From the NCBI GenBank assembly GCA_903870545.1, contig CAIQDI010000004.1, positions 27,848-91,847 on the forward strand: a stretch of 64,000 bases of DNA. The letters are read 5' to 3'. This DNA comes from an uncultured Pseudomonadota bacterium. Lineage in GTDB: Bacteria > Pseudomonadota > Gammaproteobacteria > Methylococcales > Methylomonadaceae. The notes beneath the pieces were generated by a model, which did no database searches, was not told where the DNA came from, and was given only the letters and a program-made list of their open reading frames with translations. Shown piece after piece: positions 1-11,087 of this stretch. How positions within the stretch are numbered: the first letter of the stretch is position 1; each line of letters opens with the position of its first letter. The position numbers and the translations under genes are program-made.

Positions 1-173
1 ACGTCTAAATGCGTGACTTTTTTAACTAACGGCTCGGTCAACGCGCCCTGCCCTGCGCCAATTTCTACCCAAAGTTGACCGCTGCGAATCATCGCGTTGC
101 CGATAATGTTAGCGATGATATTTTGGTCAACCAGAAAATTCTGCCCAAACCGTTTGCGTGCTTGATGTGCCAT
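1..173 (-). CDS. rsmA: 16S rRNA (adenine-N6)-dimethyltransferase RsmA/KsgA, N-terminal fragment (gene runs off the window)
   Basis: Hand translation from ATG at 173..171 gives [58 protein letters not shown]. This contains the KsgA RKRFGQNFL and EIGxGxGxLT motifs. The start overlaps the pdxA stop (TAATG), as in the conserved pdxA-rsmA operon. Confidence 0.8.
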   Translation of the reverse strand, partial: MAHQARKRFGQNFLVDQNIIANIIGNAMIRSGQLWVEIGAGQGALTEPLVKKVTHLD

Positions 174-1150
174 TAAATCGAACTCATGGTGATGGCGGTT
201 TTCACCGCATAATGCAAACTGCCTAAATCGGCGGTGCCTGTTCCTGCTAAATCTAACGCGGTGCCGTGATCGACCGAGGTGCGAACAATTGGCAAACCTA
301 AGGTGATATTGACCGCATTACCAAAACCTTTGTATTTCAACACCGGCAAACCTTGGTCGTGATACATCGCTAAAACCGCGTCAGCATTTTGCAGATATTT
401 GTTGGTAAATAGCGTATCCGCTGGCAACGCGCCCTCTAAATTCATTCCTTCGGCGCGACATTTTTCCAAAATCGGATTGATAATATCAATTTCTTCGCGA
501 CCCAAATAACCACTTTCCCCGGCGTGCGGATTGAGTCCGCACACCAAAATTTTCGGCTGGGGAATGTGAAAGCGCGTTTGTAAATCGTGGTGCAAAATGC
601 GAATCACGGTTTCCAAACGTTCCGGCGTAATCGCTGCGCTGACTTGTGAAAGCGGCAAATGCGTCGTCACCAACGCCACGCGCAAACCTTCGGTTGCCAA
701 CATCATCACCGGATGTCCGCCCGTTTGCAGCGCAATGTGTTCGGTGTGACCGGTGAACGCAAAACCCGCTTCGTTAATCACGCCTTTATGCACCGGTGCC
801 GTCACCATCGCGGCAAAGGTTTTATTCAAACAGCCGTGCGTGGCGCGATCCAAAAGTTCGAGAACGTATTCACTATTTTCATGATTCAACACGCCCGCTT
901 CGACGGGAACTTTCAACGCGATAGGCAAAATGGTCAAATGGCTTGGCGGCAAAATAAGGCGCGGTTTTTGAGGGTCAAAATGATGCAACGTCAGCGGCAA
1001 ATTTAATTGTTTGGCGCGTTGTTGCAACAATGCTGCATCCGCCAACACCACTAATTCACACGCGGGCAGAATTTGTTGCGCCAATTGAATACACAAATCC
1101 GCACCAATGCCAGCGGGTTCACCGGCTGTTAACGCAATCCGTGGCAACAT
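173..1150 (-). CDS. pdxA: 4-hydroxythreonine-4-phosphate dehydrogenase PdxA
   Basis: 325-aa ORF with PdxA hallmarks: [40 protein letters not shown]. Its start overlaps the ispG stop by 1 nt. Confidence 0.95.
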   Translation of the reverse strand: MLPRIALTAGEPAGIGADLCIQLAQQILPACELVVLADAALLQQRAKQLNLPLTLHHFDPQKPRLILPPSHLTILPIALKVPVEAGVLNHENSEYVLELLDRATHGCLNKTFAAMVTAPVHKGVINEAGFAFTGHTEHIALQTGGHPVMMLATEGLRVALVTTHLPLSQVSAAITPERLETVIRILHHDLQTRFHIPQPKILVCGLNPHAGESGYLGREEIDIINPILEKCRAEGMNLEGALPADTLFTNKYLQNADAVLAMYHDQGLPVLKYKGFGNAVNITLGLPIVRTSVDHGTALDLAGTGTADLGSLHYAVKTAITMSSI

Positions 1151-2373
1151 TATTCCGTTTTCCCGTAATGTGTTTCGATGTAACGTTCGACAATCGCCTG
1201 AAATTCTTCGGCAATAAAATCACCTTTTAACGTGACGGTTTTTTCACCGTCTTCATAAACGGGCGCGACCGGCGTTTCACCCGTTCCCGGTAAACTGATA
1301 CCGATGTTGGCGTTTTTACTTTCGCCTGGGCCATTCACCACGCAACCCATCACCGCCACTTCCATCGTTTCCACGCCGGCGTATTTTTCGCGCCAAATCG
1401 GCATTTGGTCACGCAAATAGGTTTGAATGTTCAACGCCAATTTTTGAAAATAATCGCTGGTCGTCCGTCCACAACCGGGGCAAGAAATCACCATCGGCGT
1501 GAAAGCGCGAAAACCCATCGTTTGCAGAATTTCTTGCCCGACAATGACTTCTTGCGTACGCGACGCACCCGGTTCTGGCGTGAGTGAAATCCGAATGGTG
1601 TCGCCGATGCCTTGTTGCATCAGCACCGACAACGCCGCCGCCGACGACACAATCCCTTTTGAACCCATGCCGGCTTCGGTCAAACCTAAATGCAGCGCGT
1701 AATCACACCGCGCCGCTAAATCTTCATAAATCGAAATCAACTCTTGAACGTTGCTGATTTTGCACGACAAAATGATTTTGTCTTTGCCCAGCCCAATTTC
1801 TTCGGCTTTCGCGGCACTTTCTAACGCTGATAACACAATCGCTTTTCGCGCCACAGCGGCTAACGGTTCGGGTTGTGCAAGTTGACGATTTTCATCGAGC
1901 AAACGGGTTAAAACCGCTTGATCCAAACTGCCACCGTTTACACCGATTCGCACCGGTTTATTATATTGGCAAGCGAATTCAATCATTTGCTGAAATTGCG
2001 GATCACGCGCTTTGCCGCGTCCGACATTGCCCGGATTGATGCGATATTTATCCAGAGCTGCCGCGCAATCGGGATATTTTTCGAGCAATTTATGCCCGTT
2101 AAAATGAAAGTCGCCAATAATCGGCACGAAACAATTTCGGGCAATCAGTTGTTCTTTAATTGACGAAACAGCGGCGGCAGCTTCTTCGGAATTCACCGTA
2201 ATTCGCACCATTTCTGAACCGGCGGTTGCCAGTTCGATAATTTGATTCACGGTCGCTTTGATGTTGACGGTATCGGTGTTGGTCATCGACTGCACCACAA
2301 TCGGTGCGCCGCCGCCGACTTTGACGTTGCCGACTAAAACTTGCTGCGTGATTTTTCTAAGACGTGTAGACAT
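1150..2373 (-). CDS. ispG: 4-hydroxy-3-methylbut-2-en-1-yl diphosphate synthase IspG (GcpE)
   Basis: 407-aa ORF with [22 protein letters not shown], the TIM-barrel part, and a C-terminal Fe-S cysteine set (SCPGCGRT ... GCVVNGPGE). Confidence 0.95.
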   Translation of the reverse strand: MSTRLRKITQQVLVGNVKVGGGAPIVVQSMTNTDTVNIKATVNQIIELATAGSEMVRITVNSEEAAAAVSSIKEQLIARNCFVPIIGDFHFNGHKLLEKYPDCAAALDKYRINPGNVGRGKARDPQFQQMIEFACQYNKPVRIGVNGGSLDQAVLTRLLDENRQLAQPEPLAAVARKAIVLSALESAAKAEEIGLGKDKIILSCKISNVQELISIYEDLAARCDYALHLGLTEAGMGSKGIVSSAAALSVLMQQGIGDTIRISLTPEPGASRTQEVIVGQEILQTMGFRAFTPMVISCPGCGRTTSDYFQKLALNIQTYLRDQMPIWREKYAGVETMEVAVMGCVVNGPGESKNANIGISLPGTGETPVAPVYEDGEKTVTLKGDFIAEEFQAIVERYIETHYGKTE

Positions 2374-2600
2374 AAGTGAAATTAAATCGAAATTAAGAAA
2401 ATGATAATTGTACAGGCAATTGCGGTTTTCTCATTTTTTAGACCATGAAAAAACAAAAAGGGCGGATTTGTTATAATTACTCAAAAAACTTTGCCAATTG
2501 AAAAAATTGTCTTCACAATCGTACGACAAATTTTAGGTCAATTGTGACTCTATCAAATAATTGCACATTCTCTTTTCACTAAATTGTTAAAGCCAACATA

Positions 2601-5237
2601 ATGTTAAAGCACATCGTTCAACGCCCATTTTTAATGCACGTCCTCCAAATTCTCGGATTAGCGACCGCCTATTTTATCGCTGGGATATTGGGCGATATGC
2701 TCGTGATTCCACCCAGTTATGCGACAGTTATTTTTCCTTCGTCAGGTATTGCGTTGGCGGCAATTCTATTTTATGGAAACCGCATGGCGTGGGGCGTGTT
2801 GCTCGGTGCATTTTTGCTTGTGGGTATAATGTCTATCATGGCAAGCAACTTGTCTGAAAGTTTACATTCCCTACATATTACGTTAGCGATTGCCTGCGGT
2901 GCAACGCTGCAAGCCCTTGTAGGGGCTTATTTGGTGCGCCGATGGGCGGGAAAACCCGAAATTTTGTCTAATGAAAAAAACATTCTGTTGTTTTTTTTAT
3001 ACGGCGGTTTCGTCAGCGCGTTGGTGAATTCAACGCTTTCCGTTTCGTTGCTGGTTGCCACCGAGCGAATGCCGGCTGAAGCCTTTTTTGTCAATTGGCT
3101 GTCGTGGTGGGGCGGCGATGCGTTGGGTATTATTATTTTTGCGCCGCTGGTTTTGGTCGGGTTATCGCAGGAAAATCCCGTTTGGCAAAATAAAAAATGG
3201 TCGATTACGCTGCCCATTGTCGCCATGTTTTTGCTGACGATTATGGCGGTTTTTTATGAAATAAAAACCAGTAATGCCCGCATAAAAATAGAATTCGACC
3301 AACACGCAAACGCATTAAGCACCCTTATAGAAAGCTCTATTAACAACGATTTGAACGCGCTCAGATCGCTGAATAATTTTTACGAGGCAGCACACTATAT
3401 TGAAGCGGATGAATTTAAAACGTTTGTTTCGCATTCGTTAAAAAATTTTCCACCTATACTGAACATGGGGTTTTCACCGATTATCAAAGCCAGTGAACGC
3501 GAAAAATTTGAAAATAATTTAAAGCGTGAAGGCGTTTCAAATTTTCAAATTACCGAACAAAATCCGGAGTTGAACAACCAATTAGTCCCTGCTGGAAATC
3601 GTCCGGAATATATGCCCATTCGTTATATTGAACCGCTACAATTGAATAAAAATATCCATAATTTCGACATTTATTCGACTGTGTCACGGCGTGAAGCCAT
3701 TGATAAAGCCAGAGATACCGGCGAGCTTTCCATTACAAAAAAAGTGACGTTAGTTTACGAAATGGGCAAATACACCGGCATTGTCGCGTATCTCCCCGTT
3801 TATCAAAATGATTTGCCACACGAAACGGTGGCAGAACGACGTGCCGCTATTTTAGGTTACAACTTTATCGCGTTTCGCACTGTTGAAATGATGGCATTTG
3901 CGCTCAAAAATCAAAATTTAGCGGACTTGGTTTATCGGCTGATTGACGAAAACGCAGCCGTTGACGAGCAAATTCTGTTTACCAGCGACGCACAGGAACC
4001 GCCATTCAAAACGGCACAAGAAATAGAATTGTTGAAAGAATCCCAATCATTCATCGGGCGCACAACATTTGATATTGGTGGGCGAGTGTGGCGGCTTGAA
4101 ATTACGCCAACGCCTAAGTATTTTATCTGGCACCGCTCCACAAACGTTTGGTTGATTTTGTTGGCGGGATTTTCATTAACGCTGATTGTTTCCATTACGG
4201 TACTGATGTCTAGCATTAGTGAATATCAAGTTCGACAGCTGAATGGCAAACGCCTCGAGGAAAAACAAAAGTTAGAGTTTCAAGCGATGAAACTGGCTAT
4301 TTTGGATTCTCAAAATACGGAGAAAGAAAAGCGTGCCAATGAACTTTTGATTGCTAACGAAAAATTTCTTTCTGCTAACCAAGAACTTATTGCGGCGAAT
4401 GAACAGTTGGTATTTCAAAATGAGGAGAAAAAAAAACGGATTGAAGAGCTTGCGCTGTCGTATGAACAAAATATGCTTTTGAATTTCCAATTGAATCACA
4501 TCCAAAAGTTGGAAAGTATCGGGCGAATGACTTCGGGAATTGCTCACGATTTCAATAACATTTTGAGCTGCATTCTCGGTTACAACGAAATGAATCAATA
4601 TGTCAGTGATGATCTGAACAATGAAATTTTAAAAGCGGAACTGGAAAATAACACCAAGCAAATCGATTTAGCCGGCAAACGCGCGGCAGATTTAATTAAC
4701 AAAATGCTGGCGTATTGTCGCCAAGATACGCCCAAAACCAACATAAAGGTTCAACCCACGCAAATCGTCATTGCAGAAGTTTTGGCAATGTTGCGCCCAG
4801 CGTTAACCAGTCGAATCAAATTTGAAACGGTGTTTGAAAGTGACCACATTATTCAAATAGACGCGATAGATTTACACCAAATTCTGACCAATTTAGCCAT
4901 CAATGCGCGAGATGCGATGAAAGAACGCGGTGGAATTATTACGATTTCGTTGAAAAATGTGATGAATATGAAAGCGCATTGTGTCGCGTGTGCCGCTGTT
5001 ATGGAAGGTGATTTTATTGAATTGAGCATGGCGGATAATGGCACTGGAATCGAATCGAAAATTATTAGTCGTCTGTTCGATCCGTTTTTCACCACCAAAC
5101 CACAAGGCGAAGGCACGGGATTAGGCTTATCGGCGGTGAGCGGCATGGTGCATAAATCGGGCGGACATCTTTTGGTCGATTCCAATCAAAGCGAGTTTGA
5201 TCACGGTAGCGCGTTTAAATTATTTTTTCCTATTTGA
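2601..5237 (+). CDS. Membrane sensor histidine kinase (multi-TM MASE1-like N-terminus, CHASE-like periplasmic domain, coiled coil, HisKA + HATPase_c)
   Basis: 878-aa ORF. About 210 aa of TM helices are followed by a CHASE-like region (PEYMPIRYIEP), a closing TM helix (WLILLAGFSLTLIVSITVL) and a coiled coil. Then come the H-box SGIAHDFNNIL and the N/G boxes NLAINARDAM, DNGTGI, GTGLGLS. Confidence 0.85.
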   Translation: MLKHIVQRPFLMHVLQILGLATAYFIAGILGDMLVIPPSYATVIFPSSGIALAAILFYGNRMAWGVLLGAFLLVGIMSIMASNLSESLHSLHITLAIACGATLQALVGAYLVRRWAGKPEILSNEKNILLFFLYGGFVSALVNSTLSVSLLVATERMPAEAFFVNWLSWWGGDALGIIIFAPLVLVGLSQENPVWQNKKWSITLPIVAMFLLTIMAVFYEIKTSNARIKIEFDQHANALSTLIESSINNDLNALRSLNNFYEAAHYIEADEFKTFVSHSLKNFPPILNMGFSPIIKASEREKFENNLKREGVSNFQITEQNPELNNQLVPAGNRPEYMPIRYIEPLQLNKNIHNFDIYSTVSRREAIDKARDTGELSITKKVTLVYEMGKYTGIVAYLPVYQNDLPHETVAERRAAILGYNFIAFRTVEMMAFALKNQNLADLVYRLIDENAAVDEQILFTSDAQEPPFKTAQEIELLKESQSFIGRTTFDIGGRVWRLEITPTPKYFIWHRSTNVWLILLAGFSLTLIVSITVLMSSISEYQVRQLNGKRLEEKQKLEFQAMKLAILDSQNTEKEKRANELLIANEKFLSANQELIAANEQLVFQNEEKKKRIEELALSYEQNMLLNFQLNHIQKLESIGRMTSGIAHDFNNILSCILGYNEMNQYVSDDLNNEILKAELENNTKQIDLAGKRAADLINKMLAYCRQDTPKTNIKVQPTQIVIAEVLAMLRPALTSRIKFETVFESDHIIQIDAIDLHQILTNLAINARDAMKERGGIITISLKNVMNMKAHCVACAAVMEGDFIELSMADNGTGIESKIISRLFDPFFTTKPQGEGTGLGLSAVSGMVHKSGGHLLVDSNQSEFDHGSAFKLFFPI

Positions 5238-6020
5238 CAACGGTTTGAAGGCTTTTTTGTACAAACTGCTGCCTAAAATAAGACAAACTAGAACAAAGCT
5301 CAAAATGGGTAACGCCGAAAGCGGAAGGGTGACGATTGACAAAAAAATCCAGGTCACTAAAAAAATTAAAAAAAGCACTCGAACCATTTGATATGTTTTT
5401 GCTGCGCCAAATCGCACCGCAAAAGTATATTTATTGGCTCGCCGGTCGGTGTTAATTTGGTCGGGTTGATGTGCCAATAACAACGCCACGGCAAGCGAAC
5501 CAAAAGACAGCGAACCCAAAATAATCGCGTTTCCCAGTTCTTGACTGGAGACTAACCAAAGACAACTGAAAACGCCCCCGTAACAAATTGCTGTGACCCA
5601 TTCGCCTGAACGTGAATACGACAACGGTTTTTGCCCTGAATTATACAAATAACCTAAACCCACCAGCGGCAACGCAATCCACACAATCCATAATTTTTCC
5701 AGCCAAACCAACGTCGCTAATCCTAATAATCCGCCGGCAATAAAACTAAACCAACCATGACGAATCGCGACGCTCAAATTTTGATTATGAAAACGAACCC
5801 ACGAATCCCACTTTTCAACATCCGCGCCTAGTTTCCAATCTGCGACATCGTTAAGTAAGTTAATGGCGTGCTGGATTAACACCACCGCAAAAGTCGCCAC
5901 AAATAAAGCCAGTTGCGTTTGACCTTCGGGTTTTGCAAGTAACCACACGCCAATACCTGGCAAAATGGAGATGAGGTAAATGGCAGGATTTAACGCCTGC
6001 CACCCATGCACATTTCGCAT
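5220..6020 (-). CDS. UbiA-family aromatic prenyltransferase (MenA/UbiA-like integral membrane protein)
   Basis: 266-aa polytopic membrane ORF with the Asp-rich motif NLLNDVADWKLGAD typical of UbiA/MenA prenyltransferases. Its start abuts the stop of the upstream diiron protein gene (TAAATG). Confidence 0.75.
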   Translation of the reverse strand: MRNVHGWQALNPAIYLISILPGIGVWLLAKPEGQTQLALFVATFAVVLIQHAINLLNDVADWKLGADVEKWDSWVRFHNQNLSVAIRHGWFSFIAGGLLGLATLVWLEKLWIVWIALPLVGLGYLYNSGQKPLSYSRSGEWVTAICYGGVFSCLWLVSSQELGNAIILGSLSFGSLAVALLLAHQPDQINTDRRANKYTFAVRFGAAKTYQMVRVLFLIFLVTWIFLSIVTLPLSALPILSFVLVCLILGSSLYKKAFKPLSNRKK

Positions 6021-6575
6021 TTACGCCGCAGCCGCTTGTTTAAAATCCGTCAGCGCGGTATGAAACCATTCCGCGTGTTGACGTTCAGAATCCACCACGC
6101 GCTGATAAACGTCGCTGGTTTTATCATCATTTGCGGCTTTGGCTTGGTCTCTAAAACGGGGATAAATGTCTAAGTATTCACGCTCTTCCACGCGAATGGC
6201 GACGGTTAATGCTTTTTCAATCACCGCTTGCGGATTGGTTTTAATTAACTCGTCGCAATTTTCACGAATCGTTTGCAATGCGTCAATGGCGCGTTGCGTA
6301 TCTTCGCCACGTTCCGGCACACCAATATCCTCATACAAATCGCGCAACCAAACAGAATGTAATTTTTCTTCGCCCGCCACTTTGCGAAACAAGGTCGCTA
6401 ATTTGGGATGACCGGCTTTTGCCGCCCAACGCGCAAACTCCGGATACATTATTTGCGCTTCATATTCTTCTACGTCGATAAACGAAGCCGCCGTTTCGCC
6501 TCTGTCTTCTGATTGTTGGGCAGCGGCAAAGCATTGAAAAATCATCTCTTCGGTAATTTCTGTGTTATTTAGCAT
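6021..6575 (-). CDS. Ferritin-like / rubrerythrin-family diiron four-helix-bundle protein
   Basis: The ligand pattern E...ExxH...E...ExxH is visible (VEEYEAQ, EEKLH, VEEREY, SERQH). ATG at 6575 is preceded by GGAGA, whereas the ORF-track start at 6587 is a TTG. Confidence 0.7.
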   Translation of the reverse strand: MLNNTEITEEMIFQCFAAAQQSEDRGETAASFIDVEEYEAQIMYPEFARWAAKAGHPKLATLFRKVAGEEKLHSVWLRDLYEDIGVPERGEDTQRAIDALQTIRENCDELIKTNPQAVIEKALTVAIRVEEREYLDIYPRFRDQAKAANDDKTSDVYQRVVDSERQHAEWFHTALTDFKQAAAA

Positions 6576-6605
6576 GGTATTCTCCAAAAAATAAATTGAA
6601 CTCGA

Positions 6606-6824
6606 TTAAATATAATCGCGCACATAATTATGCGCGAAGTGATGAACAGGTACTTGATGCTGTTGAAATTCTTGATAAGCTCTGTCTACGTCCATCGGTG
6701 TAACGTGTGCGTAAATGCCAAATCCGGTTTGTTTAAGAAACTCATCGCTCAATGCGTCCATGAATTGTTGCCACGAGGAATCATCGTTTTTATCGTATTC
6801 AATGGTCATTTTTTTAGCTCTCAT
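6606..6824 (-). CDS. Small hypothetical protein (72 aa, or 67 aa from the ATG at 6809)
   Basis: Open frame between the CZB gene and the diiron gene on the same strand. I recognise no motif. Confidence 0.4.
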   Translation of the reverse strand: MRAKKMTIEYDKNDDSSWQQFMDALSDEFLKQTGFGIYAHVTPMDVDRAYQEFQQHQVPVHHFAHNYVRDYI

Positions 6825-6866
6825 GGTTGTTTAAAAATTAAATCAAATAAGAATACTGCAAACTGT

Positions 6867-7349
6867 TCACAGGTAATTCCTAATCTTTGTTTTCCACGAA
6901 TTATTGACAGGAACCGTTGGATTCTCAGCGATTACACGCGGATTGACATCGCTTTCCAATTTAAAAATTGTCGCAACGACTTCGGCAGATGAGCGATTAA
7001 AAGGAGAGTCGCCATCTCTTAGTAACAGCGCGGCTTCATCATATTTTTTAGCATTGATGACTTCTGCTACTTTTCCGGCAACAAGGTGAAAGGCGGCGTG
7101 TCTTTCCACACAGTCACGATAGCTTTCCCGCCGACCAATTTGTGAAACTGTATCGCTGCCGTATAACCATTTGCCAAGAACACAGCAGTCATCCTTAGAA
7201 ATTACCGTCACATCGAGTGTTGCTTTATTCCTGATGGCATCATGCAATTTTAATTTCCAACGGATGTGACTGGCTATCAATATGTCGCTATCGCTGGTCA
7301 TGAATTCACCGTCTACACGATGATTAGCTTTTAAATTTATAATTTTCAT
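6867..7349 (-). CDS. CZB (chemoreceptor zinc-binding) domain protein
   Basis: The CZB signature is present: HIRWKLKL ... CVLGKWLY ... HAAFH. GAGGAG lies 9 nt upstream of the ATG at 7349, and the track start at 7358 is a TTG with no spacing to the RBS. Confidence 0.7.
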   Translation of the reverse strand: MKIINLKANHRVDGEFMTSDSDILIASHIRWKLKLHDAIRNKATLDVTVISKDDCCVLGKWLYGSDTVSQIGRRESYRDCVERHAAFHLVAGKVAEVINAKKYDEAALLLRDGDSPFNRSSAEVVATIFKLESDVNPRVIAENPTVPVNNSWKTKIRNYL

Positions 7350-7364
7350 TGGTGGCAACTCCTC

Positions 7365-10300
7365 TTAAAAATTAAATACTTTTGCTTTTGTCGCTTGAAT
7401 CCTAAATTGCTCTTGCCACGATGTCCCTGACAATTTTTCTGCTAACGCTACTGCAAGATGTTGGGGTTCTACGCCCATACTTTTGTTTCGTCCTAAACCC
7501 TGAATGCAAGAAGGACAGTTGGTGAGAATGGTCGCTTTTCCTTCTTCTGGCATGGCTTCTGCCAACGAATCCCGTTTACGATGCAACATCGCCGCAGAAA
7601 TATCGGGACGGGACAACGACAATGTTCCCGCTTCAGAACAACAATCTGGCACTTTTTGAACATCACCAAATCCACCCAACTCATTCAGCACATCGAGAGC
7701 TTTGCCGCCCAACGAATCATGACACGGCGTGTGATACAAATAAGGCGTACTGTTATTTTCTGCACTGTCCAAATTCAAACCGCGTTCCAGCGCGTAATGG
7801 CTAATGTCAATCAACCGCCCGCCGAATAATTTGGCGGCTTCCATTTCATGCAAACCTTCACGGCACGTTCCACACGTCACCACGCAACCATCAAAATCTA
7901 AATGCGTGAACATATTCCGAATTTGATTGAGCAAAATGGTCACGCGCAACCCGTTCCGAGAATGCAATTCGCTCAAGCCATTGGCGTGCGCGGGGAATCC
8001 ACAACATAAAAAAGGCGGCGGTAAAATTACCCGCGTTTTTAACTTGGATAACAGATGAATTGTTGCCATCGAAATGGTCGATACCATGCGTTCAGAACCA
8101 CAACCTGGAAAATAAAAAATGGTGCGTTCGGCTTCTTCTTCAGGCTCAAACACCAACACTTCATCATCTTTGCAACTGGGCAACCAATCACGCAGCGTTT
8201 TTGCTGGCACTGACGGCATCGGCGAGCTTAATAATTGCAAGTGATAATGTTTCGATTGTCCTTTTTTAGGCTGAAGCGGCGCGGCGATTTTATGCGCCAA
8301 CTGTTGCCCCGCAAGCCCCGCTTGAAGCACGACGGCACGAAAAACTTTATTGAATGTCGGCGAACCGCTATTCAAATAACGCAACGTCATTTTTGTGGCA
8401 ACGGCGGTGTGCTTATAACCCCAATCTGCCAAAATTTGCCGTTCCAACACAGACACTTCACCCGAATCTATATCGACGGGGCAAGGTTTCGCGCATTTAT
8501 GGCACGTCGTGCAATGGTCGGCGACCTCTTCCAGATATTTTAATAATTCAAATTTCGTCGAATATTCGCGCTGTGCATCGAATAATAAGGCTTCGATAAT
8601 CGCGCCAATCGCCAAATTTTTATTACGCGGATGATAAAACAAGCCGCCCGCTGGATAAAAAACACAGCAGTCTGGCTTACATTTTCCACAACGAACACAA
8701 TTGGAAATTTTGCTCGCCAACTCTTCCAATTGTCCGTGTTGCAGAATGCGTGCTTCTAATCCCAACAGATTAAACGACGGCGTAAAAATGTGTTCAAGCG
8801 CGTTAAAGTCTTCTAACTTTCCAGGATTCATCAGCCCAGACGGATCAACTTCGCTCCGATAAACACGCAGAGCTTCTACCGTTTGTTTGTCCAAATACTT
8901 GAGTTTCGTTACGCCAATGCCATGTTCGCCCGACACCACACCGCCCAATTCCACGACTTTAAACATCACCTCATCAATCACGTCGTTTGAGCGTTTGAGC
9001 ATATCTCTATCGTTAGACAACACCGGCAAATTCACATGAACATTCCCGTCGCCGGCGTGCATGTGCGTGGCTAACACAATGCGGCGGTCTCGGATTTGTT
9101 GATGCGTCAGTTCGACGGCGGCGATAATTTTCGGAAAGCCACGCGCCAATTCGGTGAAGGCTTGTTTAAATTCGATGAGAATCGACAAATTACGCAGCGT
9201 TTTATAATCCGCCGTGGAAAGCTCGTTTTTAGCCGTTTCATAAAGTTCCAGCGCGAGACTGGTTTTGTCGGCAAATGAATCGTTACCTTCTTCAACAGGC
9301 GGATGACGAAACAAGGTCGCGGCTTTGTCCAAAAATTTGAGTTGAGCATAACGCTCTTCATCGACATTCACTTCGTCAATGTAACGCGAAAACTCCGGCA
9401 AGGCTTCCAACGGAATCACAATATCTTCGTTCATTTTGAAGGCATTGGTGCGGCGGGCAATCGCGCCAAAACGTTTACGATCCGCCCAATAACGCTCTGC
9501 CTCGGCATCGTCTTTAGCTTCAAACAGTTTGGTGTTTGGATATTGTTCTAAAATAGTACGAATTTTATGAATGCCATTTTGCGTTTGCTCGGCAGAATGC
9601 CCGGCAATATCAATCAGCAAAACCGCTTTTGGCGTTTGTAACAAACTGGATTTCACCTGATAATCGATGGCTCGCACATATTCGTCATCAAAATGTTCCA
9701 ACGCAATCAGCGTATCTTCGCCTTTATCGGGGAATGGAAAAGTTTTGGACAGCGCGATAATCACGCGGCTGGCTTCTTCCATATTTTGTCCGAAAAATTC
9801 TAAACAAACGGTGCGTGTGGCTTCATATTTTGGATAAAGTATAAATTTTGCGGAAGTGATAATGCCGTCGGTGCCTTCTTTTTGTAATCCTGGCACGCCG
9901 CCCAATGCTTTATTGGTGATGTCTTTCCATAAACCTTTTTTTCTAATTTCGCTGCCTTTTAAAACGATTTGTTTCAGAAATTCGCCGCTTTGATCAGCGA
10001 TTTCAAACGTTACGTCATCGTCTGGCAAAATTTTTCGTAATTGATGGTCGGTTCGGCGGACTTCCCAACGCTTTCCACCTGGCATCGCCATTTGCCACGA
10101 AATAAGATTATCAATACACGTTCCCCACCGCACCGCGCCTTTGCCGCCGGCATTTTCAGAAATGTTGCCGCCAATGGTGGAAGCCCACGCACTGGTTGGA
10201 TCGGTGGCAAATACCAAACCACGATGACTGGCGTATTGGTGTGCTTTTTCAGTAATTACGCCGACTTCAAGTTCAAGCACTTGCGCGACTTCTGTGTGAC

Positions 10301-11075
10301 CATTCCAAAGCGTAAATGTCACCGCTTGGGTGCCGCGAATCCGGTCGAGTTTTTCAGTATTCACCACCACACAATTCGGGCGTAACGGAATGGCACCGCC
10401 CGTCAAACCTGTACCGCCGCCGCGTGGCACCGCTTTTAATCCCATTTCGGCAATCGCGGTTAATAATGGCGCGAGTTGCTCTTCTTTGTCTGGCATCACC
10501 ACCGCCAGCGGCAAATATAAACGCCAATCGGTGGCATCGGTGGCATGAGAAACCAATGTGAATGGATCAAAAAGTACATTGTCAGCTCCGACCACATCGC
10601 CCAATTCTTTTTTCATGCGCCGACGTAACAAAGGAACGCTTTTAACATCATCCCGAAAATCGGCTAGTAACTGGCGCGACGCAATCAATACTTTTTTTAC
10701 GCGCTCTTCAACGCCCACATTGCGTTCAATAATGTCTAAATGTTTTTCGGTGTTCGCAAACATCCGTTTGCGCCGGCTGGCAGAAGCCACTAATTCTTGG
10801 AAAAGATACGGATTGCGCCGGTAAATTAAAATTTCGCCGAAAAAAGACATCAACAAACGTGCCGAGCGTCCCGTGACACGCAAATTACGCAATTCTTCCA
10901 ATGTAAAAGCCACTTCCGAACCCAACAGAAACGACACAATTTGCCAATCATTTGAAGAAGTGTAATTAAATGGAATTTCACGGTGGCTTCTAGGAATGTG
11001 AATCGTAGAATCAGATTTTGTTTTTGTGTTTGGCAACATAATAAATTCTATCCAAATGTAATGGGTTAATGGCAA
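7365..11075 (-). CDS. Large FAD-linked oxidase / Fe-S oxidoreductase fusion (DUF3683-like N-terminus + GlcD-like FAD domain + 2x[4Fe-4S] + CCG repeats; YdiJ-type 2-hydroxyacid dehydrogenase)
   Basis: 1236-aa ORF with an FAD-binding motif (PRGGGTGLTGGAIP). It has ferredoxin-type cysteine clusters (CVRCGKCKPDC, CTTCHKCAKPCP) and C-terminal Cys-rich CCG-type repeats. The true start may be the Met at 11039. Confidence 0.85.
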   Translation of the reverse strand: MPLTHYIWIEFIMLPNTKTKSDSTIHIPRSHREIPFNYTSSNDWQIVSFLLGSEVAFTLEELRNLRVTGRSARLLMSFFGEILIYRRNPYLFQELVASASRRKRMFANTEKHLDIIERNVGVEERVKKVLIASRQLLADFRDDVKSVPLLRRRMKKELGDVVGADNVLFDPFTLVSHATDATDWRLYLPLAVVMPDKEEQLAPLLTAIAEMGLKAVPRGGGTGLTGGAIPLRPNCVVVNTEKLDRIRGTQAVTFTLWNGHTEVAQVLELEVGVITEKAHQYASHRGLVFATDPTSAWASTIGGNISENAGGKGAVRWGTCIDNLISWQMAMPGGKRWEVRRTDHQLRKILPDDDVTFEIADQSGEFLKQIVLKGSEIRKKGLWKDITNKALGGVPGLQKEGTDGIITSAKFILYPKYEATRTVCLEFFGQNMEEASRVIIALSKTFPFPDKGEDTLIALEHFDDEYVRAIDYQVKSSLLQTPKAVLLIDIAGHSAEQTQNGIHKIRTILEQYPNTKLFEAKDDAEAERYWADRKRFGAIARRTNAFKMNEDIVIPLEALPEFSRYIDEVNVDEERYAQLKFLDKAATLFRHPPVEEGNDSFADKTSLALELYETAKNELSTADYKTLRNLSILIEFKQAFTELARGFPKIIAAVELTHQQIRDRRIVLATHMHAGDGNVHVNLPVLSNDRDMLKRSNDVIDEVMFKVVELGGVVSGEHGIGVTKLKYLDKQTVEALRVYRSEVDPSGLMNPGKLEDFNALEHIFTPSFNLLGLEARILQHGQLEELASKISNCVRCGKCKPDCCVFYPAGGLFYHPRNKNLAIGAIIEALLFDAQREYSTKFELLKYLEEVADHCTTCHKCAKPCPVDIDSGEVSVLERQILADWGYKHTAVATKMTLRYLNSGSPTFNKVFRAVVLQAGLAGQQLAHKIAAPLQPKKGQSKHYHLQLLSSPMPSVPAKTLRDWLPSCKDDEVLVFEPEEEAERTIFYFPGCGSERMVSTISMATIHLLSKLKTRVILPPPFLCCGFPAHANGLSELHSRNGLRVTILLNQIRNMFTHLDFDGCVVTCGTCREGLHEMEAAKLFGGRLIDISHYALERGLNLDSAENNSTPYLYHTPCHDSLGGKALDVLNELGGFGDVQKVPDCCSEAGTLSLSRPDISAAMLHRKRDSLAEAMPEEGKATILTNCPSCIQGLGRNKSMGVEPQHLAVALAEKLSGTSWQEQFRIQATKAKVFNF

Positions 11076-11087
11076 TCAAATCGTCGG

